Shown in pieces: positions 14,301 through 27,715 of a stretch of 64,000 nucleotides of DNA (the first letter of the stretch is position 1; every line of letters starts with the position of its first letter). The notes under the pieces are model-generated. The model saw nothing but the letters and a program-made list of their open reading frames with translations. It was not told where the DNA came from and ran no database searches. Source of the stretch: Balanoglossus misakiensis (lineage: Eukaryota; Animalia; Hemichordata); NCBI GenBank assembly GCA_040954595.2, contig CM082580.2, forward strand, positions 12,884,242 through 12,948,241, written 5' to 3'. The translations under genes were made by a program, and so were the position numbers.

Positions 14301-17300
14301 GCACAAGTAACCAAAACTGCCATTTGATCTTCTTGGGTAAATTGTGAGTTTTTGAGCATTTATAAACGCCATTATAGTTTTGTTTTCTGTACAGTGGAAT
14401 AGCATTGTTTTGATTTAAATTTAGGTCGTATTCAGTTATACGATCTTGGCGTCTTTAAACAGCGAAGGTTATTTAATCGGCCGGGGAGAGACGTGCCAAG
14501 TTATTCTCGAATTGGTTTTGTAATGGACGTCAATTTCGAATCACTGTAGTTATGGAGCGATGCACAAAACTAGATAGGCGGTCTACATGACACGAATATA
14601 GATAGAGTTCTAGTTCACCTACTTCACACATAATTTGCCTTGAAATTTCTTCGTAGGCTAGTGCCACGATGATTCTTGCGTCGTGATTCTGGAAATAGTA
14701 AAAAAAGGGAAAAGGTCGCGTGTTATAAACACGCCGTGGGTATTCTTCACAAAGTCCACGGAATTGGCAGACCCCCGAACCAAAGAAAACAAAGAAACCC
14801 GAGAGTGTGATAAAAAAGTGACAACGCACAAATTTCAAGTGCTCTTGAGAGTGCGAAGTGAAATGTGGTTACCCTGGGGTTTATCAACTGTGTGACCCTA
14901 AACTAACACAATATGCAAATTCAAACGTTACCTTTAAACTTTCTACTTGGGCACTTGGCGTCGTTCCGCTTTCAACATGTTCCACCGACAGAAGGTTGTA
15001 TTCTCCGGCTGTACCGAGGAGGTCGACCAACTCTTTCATTAGCTGTACGCAGAGAGAGGCGAACGCAACAAAACGTATAATTATATATTCAGTGACAAGT
15101 GGGATGATTAGCTGTTTCGAGTACAGTTGATTTGCATTCCTTTGAATGACTGCTGCTATGTCCAGGTGTTCTGTCATTTGGTAAAGTGTGCTAATTATCG
15201 ATTTGATTTGATTTTGTTGAAAAAAATCTCTGTCTCTTACGTATGCATCTAAAGAAACGACGGTCTTACCAGGGTAAATATTTCCACATTTTCGAATATA
15301 ATAGCCACCCTTTTCCATTGAAAATTACGGAACAGTGCTTCCCAGGCCGGAACCAATATGGCGTCCGTTGGTGTCGTGCGCAAAAACAGTGGATACCTTT
15401 CCTTGTCGGATAACCCTGGCGACGATGCGGTTCCGGATACCTGTTGAGACGTGATTTTTTTTTTCAAAGTGAGAACGTTTTTAATTGAATATGCACGCCA
15501 AAAAGTGGAATACGTTGGGGAGAAGGTTCTCTTTCCGTGTTGTTTACATTTGTGAATCGTGACATCTCAGAGACAAGTAAAACAATGAAGTCATTGTATT
15601 GGAGTATTCTCTCTGAAGCAATGCGTTACCTGGACTAAGTTGTAGAAAGATGCAACTTCACACACGGGTTGTGTTACCATGGAGTTGGTGGCGGCAAAGA
15701 GCATGACAATTTGATGTTTGTGATAGACGAAGTCGTACAGAATTTGTAATGCCTCGCCTTGTTCTTCCTGATGCAAAACGAAACGAACCAAAGGTCAAAT
15801 TGAGAAAGTGAACACGTGTTATTAAGAAGAAAATATGACCTGTATGCAAAACAGCAGATGGTGGTCCGATGCTATTTTGTAAAGTAAATTTGTTGTCATT
15901 ATTATAACATCAATAATACTAGAAGTTGAGGGAATCAGGGAATCATTTGTTCGATTTTCAGAGAAACGCAGACGCTTAGCGTTATCAGTGCAATTGCGGC
16001 GAAGAAGATTAAGCTCCCGAAAGTTTGCCTTCAAAAGGCAAGGAATAAACTCGTCTAATTGTACCTGTGCCGAACGATTAGAGTCAGAGATATTTTTTTC
16101 GTTTTATCGTGGTGCGTCGACAATGCTGCCTTATATAGCTGGCATGTCTCTATTCAAATTGATAGACTTATGTTACAACCATTTATTTTTTTTTATAAAT
16201 AGGTTTCTTAGAGATATAACTTTCTAATTTCTCCAATAATGTTGAATGCTTCAAATACAATTCGCAAAAGAATCGGCAATTTAGCAGTGATATCTCTGAA
16301 AAGGGAAAATTCGTGCACGCTTTTATCTGACCGAATCCCGGGACCGAATTTGATAACTCGTTACTACTAACGTTTGCGTATATCTGATATGTCGTTATCG
16401 GAACAGGCTCGTATATACAGTGAGATATAATTCGCTCTTGTTTGTTCCCTTATCCATATTTCTTCCTCACGGGGCATAAACTTGCAAAGAAAACTTGCCA
16501 TGACACCCGTTGTCACGTGATAGAAATGTTTCAACAAGTTTCCGTCTTTTTTCAAGCCCGCATCCAAACGGAAATCACAAATCCCCTTAGGTTGACTAAG
16601 TCATTCATATATCATTTCTTAATCACGCATGTACCACGCAGGTACCATGTAGCTATCACGTGGCTACCATCCCACAGAATGTATGGGCATCCCGTAGGAG
16701 CAACCGAGTTTTCTCTTGCTCTGAACACGATAGAATGGAAGCAAAATCAATATTAGACTATTTTCTTCACACAGAGTGTGTATGTCATAATGATGCATGC
16801 AGCACCAGCTTATATTGAATAAAAACTTGATAAAGAGCATTGAATATGCCGCTTGTATGAGATCATGACGAAATTCAAAGAAAGAGAAAAAAAGCTGGTT
16901 TTCCCCGTTTCCCAGAGCTGCTTCATTTTACGAGAGGTGGTTGTCAATCTAACAAATAAAAAAGGGGGTGGGATTGATTATATTCTCAACTTTAATACTA
17001 GGGGACTAATTGGTTTGATCATGAATAGGTAAATCAAGATTTCTTTGCTCCGTTCATCGGTTGATTACTTTTGTTAATAATTTATTCCACATTTCAGCTA
17101 GCCGAACGGTTATATATGGCGGTAAACTGTTGCCGCAAGGAATCGTTAGATCTTATTCTATCAAAAGGTTTCTGATGTGGTCCTGTGTACATCTAGTTCT
17201 TCCAAGGAAAATTGTCATACATTCCTGGTGTTATTGAGTAGTGAGCGGTTTCAAGCTTAATAGATGAAAACTGTTTGATTAATCCAAGATCTCTGGATAT

Positions 17301-20191
17301 TTACGAGTCACTTGTGGCGTGACATAAAACAGTATAGACAATTAAACCCTGCAACAACTAGGGGAAAACTCATCAAAACTAACTGAAATTTGCACAAACC
17401 ATGAATCGCTTGAGCAAATTAAAAAAGTTTAAACGAAATTAAAACGGACAATGCGAAATGAAATAGAAATGGAACCTTCGTGAACTTTTCGAGTGTCGGT
17501 TTGGCTCGGCGAATAAATGATGAACTCGTTCGACTTTGACTTTGACTTCTATTCATCCTCTCAATCATGAATCAGTGTTAATTGACCATGTAAATGTTTG
17601 CATTTGTTTATAATCTTGCTTGCTGCCTGATTCCACGGGCTATAGCTTTGGCGGTTGATAGAAAAACCCAATCCTGAAGTGAAGTGATAGCTGGATCGGC
17701 AGGAACTTTCAAAATTGGCCAAACTTCCTGGTACGTGCGATAATTCTAGCTGCAGTATACTGAGCTCGTTGTCATTAAAATTGACGCCCATTTAATATTG
17801 AATTACACTAGTCAGGTTTTGCAGTTGAATTTACATCAACAAGAGTTTTGCGAGCTTCATTGGCGACGCAGCATTGGATAGATCCAATTTGGCGGAGATT
17901 ACTGTCGAAAGTCGACTTTAAATTTTGCTTTAACATGCCGTTATCGTCGGAGATCGCGCCGATTTTACGAGCAGACGAGACTGGGTTAATTGAAGCAGAA
18001 TCAATTGGACCATACTGATGAAAACAGGTGAGCTTTTGGATTTCGAACGAATGAAGATGACATCGGTGTTATCTTCATTAAGCTCGATTTTTTATGCGTT
18101 ATCCAATCCGTGATATTTTGAACGCACGTCTTAATTGACACCAAAGCTTTGGGAAGACACGATGAGACTATAAGAGAAAAACCTGGTATATCATAAGTGT
18201 ACTGGTGAAACTGTAACTTGTGCTTGTCAATTAAATTTACCAAGAGATGCAAGTAATACAGTACTACTTACTAGTAATTACAGAGGATGTATCAATGAAC
18301 ACACAAATTATGCAAATTACAAAACACGATGGTCTGTCGCCAGAGCATGCGCAAAAGAATCATGGAAGAATACGAACACCTCCCCAGGAATATATGTAAA
18401 TCATTCTCATAAAAAAACACGTTCAAATTCAACAAATTTGGGGATGCAGTACGGGTGCCCAAGCATCATCGGAAATAGTTTAACATTCCATTCCACGAGA
18501 CAGGAATGAGAATAGTCTTATACCTTAAGGGGCCCCGTCATGCACGATTCTTTCAAATTCTGTGTTGTAAAATATGGAATTTTGGGATTTTAATATTGTA
18601 ACGTCGTCATTGAAAAGTTTTGCAGATTAAGACATGCATGGACAATGGATAACAAAGTCTTACCAGATTTAAAACACCGTGACCCTGGGCGTGGAAATCG
18701 GAACTTAATAGCTTAAGTAGCTGCTTTTGTACGTTATTTTCACAAAATGCGACCAATCTGAGACTTGTCAATCACGCGTAAATAACCCGGTAGGTTCTTT
18801 GATATAGCTTTGTAGATCGCGATGTTCAAATTTGCAAGCCGAGAAACATACCTTGATATCGTCGGCGAAGTGTTTTAATTCCATAAACTAATGGAAATGT
18901 GATAATTGGTTTTCACAGTATGTGTTGAGGTAATGTACAATAACTATGGCAACGAGGATGGGAGTCCTTCTGTCTATATGAATGATATAATTATTAAAAT
19001 AACAAAAAATATCCTTCTATAACTTTAATAATAATATTGCGGCGTTTATATGGGACGCTGTCAGTTGACAGTGAACTTGGAGTGAAAATGTTGACATGCA
19101 TTTTTAACACGAACAAGCTTCACGGTTGACAGAGCCTAAATTTTATAACTCATAAATAAACATCGATGCTATATTTGTATGGATGAGCTCTACTGCTTTT
19201 GACAATAATAAACTGAAAATATTAAATGACAAATTAGTTGGAAACTCCTCATGCCCACGTCAAGTCATTTTATTTTCAACAGACACGGACGATATTGTCG
19301 TCGGTTTAGTCGTCCCATAGCGTTTTCTTTCATTAAAATGTAAATTTTGTACTTAGTCGGTTTATTAATGGAGCCATTCAATATAACATCATTTCATTAA
19401 AAACACATTATAAATTATGCACTCGTCCTTCACAAACAGGCTTTGAAGTAGACAAAAATTAATTGTGACGGTTATTTCTTTTTAAATTCCTAAAATATGA
19501 TTGTTTAATAAAAACTGTCCCCTTTTTCATGGGCTGTAGGAGTGACACGTTCGTCAAATTTGAAGAACGCTGAGAGGTTGTTACATGTATAGAGGTGCCT
19601 ATAGGTTTCGAGCAAACTTTCCTCCATCCATTTTAACACCAAAAACAAACGAAATATTCTTGGCCAAGAAGTTTGGGATTGAAAAGAAGTTGTCAACAAC
19701 CTCTTAAGCGACTATAAGTGTTCTTCCTTGTCAGCACGCGCCATTTGAATAAATTTGCATGGATTGAAGACTGCTGTGGGAACACTTTGTCGGGCACGCA
19801 CGTGCGCACGCGTATTATCTGCATGCGATGGTAAGCGTAGGAACTGTAGCGAACTTTTGCTAATAATTTGTGTCGCCGGGAGAAGTGGCACGTATCGATT
19901 TTAATAAACACAAACTTCCACGCTTGCATAATACAATGTATACTAGTAGCTACTTACTGTCGTTCCGTTGGTGTAGTTCTGAATCATCACCAACTCATAC
20001 CCGGGTAAGATAACGGGGTTCCGGTTTACGAAGTCCAGCGCCTCTTTCGTCCCGTATTGGATGTCAGGACTGATGCTAGAAAGTCCGATGGAAGCGACGA
20101 AGCCGCCGATGTGAAGCGCGGTCGTGTTGGCCGAGAAGGCTCTCCTGGACAGAGCCACCAACACAACCAGGCACGTGTATACACGAAGCAT
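9111..20191 (-). CDS. GABA-B receptor-like class C GPCR (Venus flytrap + 7TM, no cysteine-rich domain), 17 exons, ~809 aa
   Basis: Exons (- strand): 20191-19958, 15767-15630, 15440-15270, 15042-14932, 14688-14623, 12593-12393, 12164-11931, 11799-11736, 11620-11537, 11247-11097, 10964-10832, 10690-10577, 10393-10271, 10131-9954, 9801-9638, 9545-9378, 9206-9111. All introns are GT-AG and phases join to 2430 nt. Motifs: signal peptide, LHIGG, ILPGYEL, SSPGLSDKERYPLFLRT, ARIIV, YVWLLLGW, YDSIVAMAIALN, GNIRFTEKGDR, IKISSPLLN, KTYRIY, GVFLAWEIRSV..ALNES, FLPK, and a short C-terminal coiled coil. AATAAA follows the stop. Confidence 0.93.
11290..11420. repeat. Compound (GA)n/(GACA)n microsatellite, intronic
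   Basis: Read directly. Confidence 0.9.
12222..12300. repeat. Pyrimidine-rich (TTTC/TTCC/CT)n simple repeat, intronic
   Basis: Read directly. Confidence 0.8.
17715..18252 (-). mobile_element. Decayed non-LTR retrotransposon (L2/CR1 group) ORF2 fragment: end of the RT domain and downstream region
   Basis: Translation across frameshifts gives LIDKHKLQFHQYTYD (cf. HxLxFHxYADD), CVQNITDWI..KIELNEDNTDVIF (cf. WMxxNKLKLNxDKTEVI), SARKIGAI (cf. ARNLGVI), KPD*CNSILNG (cf. RLDYCNSLLxG) and QRAQYTAARII (cf. QRVQNAAARLI), in the correct order. Confidence 0.85.
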
Positions 20192-21366
20192 TGCTCTGCA
20201 GGGTCTTTGGGCCGGCGGCGGGCGTGTAGGACAGGAACGTTACCTACTTGGCGTGCATACAAGTTACATGTGCTTGTCCTTGTGGAGTCGTAGATCACGT
20301 ACAGCTTGTGAGAAGTCGTTGATGAGCGTTGCTTCGCGAGGTCTTCCACCGCATGCAAATTGCGCTGATGGTGTCCCAAACAATGACAATACCGAACCCT
20401 CCTGTTTCACCAATAGAGACACAGCGCTGTCAACCGACCAATCATCTGCTTGCTTGCATTTCGTTAAACAGTCAAGGCAACCCGCGGCGCTTTACAAGCA
20501 AACAACCCATTGCACCAAGGTCGGTGTAAAGGAACGGGAATTATTATAATTAGTATAATGATTCCACGTATCGGTTATTATTAAAGGCACAGTAGCCATA
20601 ACTTTTGATAATATTTTCGGTATTTTTATTCTTTGAAGAAAGATATTATATAGATATTTGGTAAACATGATCGTTGGATTTATCTATTCCATTTATATCT
20701 CAAAAGAGGAAGACAATCTTACACTTTCACCGGGACTGCCAGTAATACAATATCACATCTTTGCATGTATGCGTTTGTTCTAACATGCTAAACTAAGCAA
20801 ACGTGTATATCACGTACTAGGGTAAGGGGAAATATTCAGAAGACGCATAATTTAGGTAACAAAGAAAGACGAAAATATTTCGTTTATTAACATTTCAACA
20901 TAAAAGTTTTCATAACTATCATATAAACATCCATTCTAATATACAATGGCACGTAAAAAGTATCTTTATAACTATATACGAAATACAAATGTAAACATAG
21001 ATACATGTACATGTATATACTTTTAAAACTTGCTGAAATCCTATCCGAGAGTACTGTTTCTACTGTAAATGTTACGGTATTGGTTCGATAGAATCGCGAT
21101 AAAGTGTCATATTAAAATTTGAAATTAACAAGAGGGAAAATAATATATGTGTACACCAAAAACCGATGAAAGACTCGTTATGGAAATCTGCTCACAACAG
21201 GCAGATGTGTCAAAGCGTCTGTGCGGTGCAGCGCCCTCTTTAGTTAAACAATAAAAATCTGTTGTTGGTGGGAATCGTTGCGTGCGCTGGTAGCACATGT
21301 CGAAGATACCACGCCATCTCAAGTCGAAGGCGTGTAGATAAGAGTATGTGGCTTCTAAAATGTCTG

Positions 21367-24300
21367 TCACGAACGAACAGGTAACCGACTTTGTCGGCGA
21401 GCGGGGTTACTTTTATTGGATGAAGAGGCGTTTGAGGTTGCCTTGCTCTTTGTTTTCGTCGACGTTTCCGGGACTCTTTTCTGATCATACATTCGCGGAG
21501 GCGTTTTCTTCCGAGGAACCTCCTTACTCCTGTGATGACCCAAATCGCCGTTCGTCAATGTGCCTCGGTCTCGTTCTGGTTTCTTGTCTCTATCCGATAC
21601 TTTCCTGTTTTCCGTTTTGCGCTTAATTTCATCCTTTGCTTCAACGTTGTTATTTTGGGCCGCCTTTTTGCCTCCTTCGTTTCCGCCGCTGTCTGCCTTC
21701 CTGTGGTGAATCTTCGGCTTCGGCATCATAATCTTGTCTATCGGTTCATCCGACCCTACCGACTTGTCGCTCTTTCTGGAAACCGGCGAGTTCCTCCGCC
21801 CTCTATCGTCCCTCTTTGAGATGACAACCGTGTCTGACGTTTTCGGCCTCAACCTTTCCAGTTCTTCGGAGGTAGGCCGTGACCCCGTGTCATCCGGGGT
21901 CAAAGGTGACGATCCACGGGACCCTGACAGTTTTGTTTGCGCGTCTTCACTGTTAGTCTTCAAAAGCACCAATTCTTTTTCCACTCGCCTTTTCTCCAGC
22001 TTATCCTCGGACAAACAACACTCCAGTTGATTTATTTTCTCCTGCACATCGCCGACAAACCTGCGAGGCGGGAAAAAAACATACAAAAATCAAGAATTTC
22101 ATCGCAATGACAGAAATATACGACGCCAGGCAGTAACAGTTTTCGATGTTGTTTTCCTATAAAAGATGTGTCCTCAGCGATATGTTGTATGAAGCGACTG
22201 TGTTTGTTTAATCTGACACAGTACGTGTGTTTTCTCTGTGTACAGGCATTTCTGACAATGGCGCAGTGAAACCTTTTCACCTCCAAAACGCTCTAGGGAC
22301 ACAAACGTGTTTTTACCGTCGATTGATACGGGTGCTGTCTGTTTACATGTTGTAGGGCATTGTGTTGCGTTCTTTTAAGTCCAGTAAACGCAAGCAGCAA
22401 CCTGCTTCGAAAGCACAACTATCAGCCTTCTGGCAATAACAGAAAACATGCTAGAATTACTATTGGTCAATATGACCATGTGGTGGCGCACTTTTTTCGC
22501 TTGTGCAACCATCTGCGCCCAAAATGTTGTCCTACATGCAAATGATTTATTTGTTTACGATCTCCAGGTCTTCGCATTTTGCCACGGCTTTTCACCTGAT
22601 TACGAATTCCTCACTTTCTTACTTTTGACGATAATGTGTCTTAGTTCACGCAGAGTAAATAAACTTGCTCAATAAACGAGTTCCTAATTCAACGTTACTC
22701 GGAAGTCGTGATAAAAAAGTATGGCGCACTTCAGATTTCATTTGCTGGTCGTAAAACGCATATAACGTCGTAATTTGCCGCCAGTCCGTGTGCTTATTCT
22801 ACCCACGTCCGTTGGATTGAAATGTAAAGCTAATACGCTCACTTGCAGACTTCGGCAGGCCTTGTGAATTTGAAACGTGCCCAACGCCCTCTACATATCG
22901 GTGTGCGCTCAACTGGCATGGCAGTAATAACAACAGGGAGAATAAGTTCTGGCGGAAATTCCACCATGTTTGTTATCGCGTGCTCAGGCAGGTGTAAAAT
23001 CGACGCGAAATCACTCAGGCGAGATCAGAATGTAAAATGGGGATGTGACGACAAAACTGTTTTTAAAGCTTGAGTGGGAACAACGAATACAAACAACGCA
23101 TATTGTATACCGTATTCCTTGAAAGGGTCTAACTCTATCTTATCCTTATGCCTTTTATCATATTAACACTGTGCTGTACTGTACTGTACTGTACTGTACT
23201 GTACTGTACTGTACTGTACTGTACTGTACTGTACTGTACTGTACTGTACTGTACTGTACTGTACTGTACTCTACTGTACTCTACTGTACTGTACTCTACT
23301 CTACTGCACTACTTTGTGAACTGAGAGCCACCTCACACTTCGCATGATAAGCAAGTTCGCGGAAAGTCGAACAGGAAAACAGGTCTATATTTGATAAAGA
23401 ACCCACGACTGATTGATTGCCTGGCTGGTCGGTGTTTTTCTATCTACCTTAGCAACTTTCAGTTGTCAGGATCACAGGAATTATGTCCAATTCATTTGCT
23501 CGTAGGTACATTGGAATGTGCCCCTACTGAATTAGAATTGAACACACAGGGTGACGTCATTGAATGGTCTGATGAAAATGACAGACCAAGTTATGGTCGT
23601 GGTGCCGATAAAAAATGCCGTTGTACATACGCAACCACGCTCAACTGGACATGGCTATAGTCAGAACGCGGTTGACTTCATTCACAGTGACAACAATTTA
23701 CTGACTATTGTGAGTCTAGAAAAATAAAGTAGGCACAGGCCCCTATATAGTTTCAGCTCGGCCATTGTGAGTACTGCGACTAAAACCGACAGAAATTGAG
23801 TCAAGTTGGTAGCGGTTTTTTTAACCTCTCGCTTCACAAATATTAGCGTCGACGAAGTGTGCAAGCGCGTGTGCTTGACCTCAACGACAACGCTCGTTTT
23901 GTGTGCGGAATGCAGAAGGGCGATATGTGTCAATGGAAACTGATTCTTACAACGAACAACAGAGGACGGGATTGGCATAGCTGAAGAACTGGTACCCTTA
24001 ACGCATGATCAAGAAAATTGAATTGAAAAAACGTGCAGTACTGATATCGATGTACGACATGTTTGTCTGCATTCGACGGCTCGGTATCCACGGGCGACAG
24101 GGGCGCCTTGTCTCCTAGCAATGACGCGTCCGCACATTCGGGCACTCGAGATGCAAGCCTCTGCGATCTGAAAATTCTACAAGGATTCCGTTCACGTGAC
24201 AAAAATAGCAAATCAACGCTCATTGTACACGGAACATCTGCGTCCTTGATATTCCGCTACCATGGCAATGGACTAATTATCCCTTCGCCTGTGCACTGCC

Positions 24301-27300
24301 GATGATTCCAACCATTTTCTATTAGGCCCAACCTCCCGCATGTAGTAAAGGTCATTCAATTGTGATGGATTTCACCATTTCATTAGGAAAATGGATGGCT
24401 ATTTCCGGAACATCTCTCACGGAATGAAAGGCTTGTAACTGGGTGATCCGAACTCTGTTATTAACATGAGAGACCACTGTCATTATTTCGCGCCAATGTT
24501 TTCTCACAATATCCCACCAGACAACAGTTGGTACTGACGAAGCAATGCGAATTCACGTGGATTTTGCAAAGTAATCCGCCAGATGAATACTGATGCATGA
24601 ATACCGTTTTGTGTATACACGCCATTGCTACAGTCGTGGGTATTGAATTGAACAGCGGCAACGATTGTGTGCTGTAGAAAAATAATTAAGGGGATACAAA
24701 TGTGTCGTTCAATTGAAAAAAAGGGAGCTACCATTCCATTTATTTTTTATGACTTGGGTCATAATGGAATAAAAAGAGATAAGATTTAAAATAGCGACGA
24801 TATAATGAAAAAAATGAGCCGCAGGGTTTGTTCGCGATTATTGGCGAATTATGACGTCACTGGTCAACCACCGTACCGCACTTATTGGCAATTAGTATAT
24901 CGATATCAACCGGCGGATCCCGATAAATTACGTTAACGTTACGAGGGGAATAAAATGCGCTGGTTTGGAGAATAATTGTAGAATGCTCGGGGGAGTCAAA
25001 CTCAAACGCGCATGACCAGAGACTCATGTCGATATGACCGCATTGTTATTTTTACCATTTCTGTCAAATCTTGCCTATAGAAATAACACGAAATTATCCC
25101 CAGGGGTAAAAGATGGAAGATTAGAAAAAAAAAACTCCGAGAGATTAGTTCTACCAATCTCACCTTATAATACTGGGCTGAACTTCTAATTCAACGTCTA
25201 GATCACCAGCAATGATCCTGTGTTGAAAGTTGTGATAAGTGGACGAGTGTTGGAGTTCGTACAGTGTCTTCTCCACGCCGGCCAATTTTCTGTGCAGCTC
25301 TCGGTACTGCGTTGAGTCCTTTTTGTGCTTTCGAATTTTGTGAGTAATGGCGTCCTTTTGACCGACCAGTTGCCGGATCTGTTGTCCCACCGACGCCTGG
25401 GTCGTGAAGAGCTCCTCCAGGTTGTCGGCCAGAGCGATGACTCGCGATTCGCGGTGGATCAAGTGGTTGAGATCGTCTTGATGAACTCTCAGCTCACTTT
25501 CGTGCACTCTGATCCGCTTCTTCAGTGCGCGCAATCGCTCTTCCAGTTCGTCAATCATTTCGTCAATTTTCTCCGTGTCGCTCGATTGGATGATGGAGTA
25601 CGCGTCCTTCTCGTCATCGGCCTCGTTCCCAGACAAGCTCTCGCTATCGTAACCCTCTTCCCGATCTTCGTTGTCAAATTCATCTCTGTTCTTCGCCGCG
25701 TCATCGTTGATGACGTCATCTCGGTCGTCCGGACTCGGCGATTGACCTTGGTGTAACGCATTGTGGATTTTCTCAGAGGTTACCCACCACAGTTTAGCCA
25801 GTTGGATTGCGTTGTAACTCTTGGTCAAAACGTCCGGTACGAACATAAAAATATGTTCGAAATGCTTATAGTTATTGAAAGGCAGGAGTTCCTGCGCGCT
25901 CTCGTCGTCGAATATGTTTCCATCGATGTCGTCATCGTCTAGCAACATATCCCACTGCTCATTCAGGTCTCTTAAATCAGACACGATTTTCGAGAGATTG
26001 CCGCAGTCTTCGAGCAGCTCTTCGATCGTCGCCGGGGAGAGAGCTTGCTCCCCGACGGAATACCGGTTTAGACGCCTCAGGATACTGTTTTTCCGCTTGG
26101 CCTGACTGCCATGTTTATCTGGCCCGGTTACTGTCGGTATTATGTCCTCAAACACCGGATCGTAGTAAAACTCGCGCAGGGCCGAATAAATTCTTTCGTC
26201 GTAGTGGGCTTTCATTCTCCTGAGGTACTCAATGTCGTTGAAAAAAGCGTGAAAATATTTCGAAATGGCGGCAGCATCGCTGTCCGTCTGGCCAGGTTTG
26301 CTGGTCGCCCTGTCGATCAGTTCCCTCAGCTCGCTGAAAGATGTCAGTTTGGCGTCTCTTGGTGTGATCTCCGTCAGCATTCGATGCAGTTTCTCTTTTG
26401 AGAATTTCGATATTCCATGCTGCACGAGCTTTTCAAACGCGCCGACCTGTTTTTGCATCAGTGCGTTCTGCTTTTGGCGGGAGGCGCCTCGCATTTCGTC
26501 GGGGTGGGTCTGCAGAAGAAAACACACAAAGAAAAGACCTGAAAAAATTGAGCCAGGGTTAGAAATTGTCGGGAAACGATCTTCAATTCACATTCCAACA
26601 GCATCTCTATGAGTACATCTCCCAACAGACCAAATAGGTTTTCATTCGCGTATATTGTGAACACACAAGGTTTTTTTGTGGAATTTAAATAGTAATTACT
26701 GTCACTTCAACTAGAATATTGCACACGGGATATAGTTGTCCGTTTTGACCCCTAGGCAAAGAAGGTCCTCTGTATAATGTACATGGTGATATTCTAAGGT
26801 CGTTTGATGACACATATCACGCACGACACCATTCAATATACTTCAACACTGAGCTCGCCAACATGCCCTTTCATTAATGTCTCGCTCTGGTTCTCATTTT
26901 GTGTCCTCCGTTCAATGCCCCTCACCTGCGCCCCTGGTTCTGTCGAGTGATTAAATCTCGTTTTAGTACATATGAATTTGTGTATTTTGCGTGAGTTTAA
27001 GGCAATCTTCAGGAAAAGGCAGTGTTTACAAAAAATGGTAACCACGGTTTCGGTTAGCTGAGCGTGCAAATATATCCATATCACATTCGCATAATGCTTT
27101 GTGTATCATGGCGCAGCGACACGATTTGCCTGAAAACGACTTCCGATGGGAATATGATGAATTTGTTCTGAGTCTCTTCAACAAGCGCAATTTACGGGGG
27201 AAACGTGTTCCGGAGAGATGCGACCGAATAAACAATGCGTTGACGACTAGTTAAAATTAATTGAAAGCTGAGCGAATTGACATGGCTAATTTAAAATCAT

Positions 27301-27560
27301 GACTGCGCAGTGTTCATCCTGTTCTCGCGCGAGAATACACGAGCAAACAGCAACACGCATGTACGCAAAGCTCGCCTTACCACTTCTGCCTCTTTCAAAA
27401 GGGAAGCCAAAATTGATGGAAATAGTCTCTCGGATTGAACGAACAGCGTTTTATCTTCCACGTCGCGTCGTTCTGCAAATTTCCAGCCGTTCGACCGTGG
27501 GTTCGATTTACCGCCGAACGCGGAGGATCGCACATAGGTCTTGTGTTTTCTCAAGGCCAT
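21367..27560 (-). CDS. Uncharacterised coiled-coil protein, paralogue A, 3 coding exons, ~739 aa
   Basis: Exons 27560-27381 (least certain), 26509-25164 and 22060-21367. Introns are GT-AG and phases are consistent (0, 2). Long open frames, heptad-rich middle, basic low-complexity tail. Clear homology to paralogue B. Confidence 0.8.
23168..23313. repeat. (ACTGT)n pentanucleotide microsatellite with ACTCT variants, intronic
   Basis: Read directly; more than 20 units. Confidence 0.95.
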
Positions 27561-27701
27561 GGTGTTCCGTCAGCATGAGCGGCCCGACATCATCGCATCT
27601 GATTTGAATTCAGACGACACCTCACGCGTCACACAACACAGCCTCGTTCTGACAGCGTGCATCAATAACATCGTAATCTCAAACACTGCGACAACACATC
27701 T

Positions 27702-27715
27702 GTTACCATGGCAGC
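27702..27715. promoter_or_regulatory. RFX X-box-like palindrome GTTACCATGGCAGC, ~140 bp upstream of the paralogue A ATG
   Basis: One mismatch to GTTNCCATGGNAAC. Motif match only. Confidence 0.4.
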
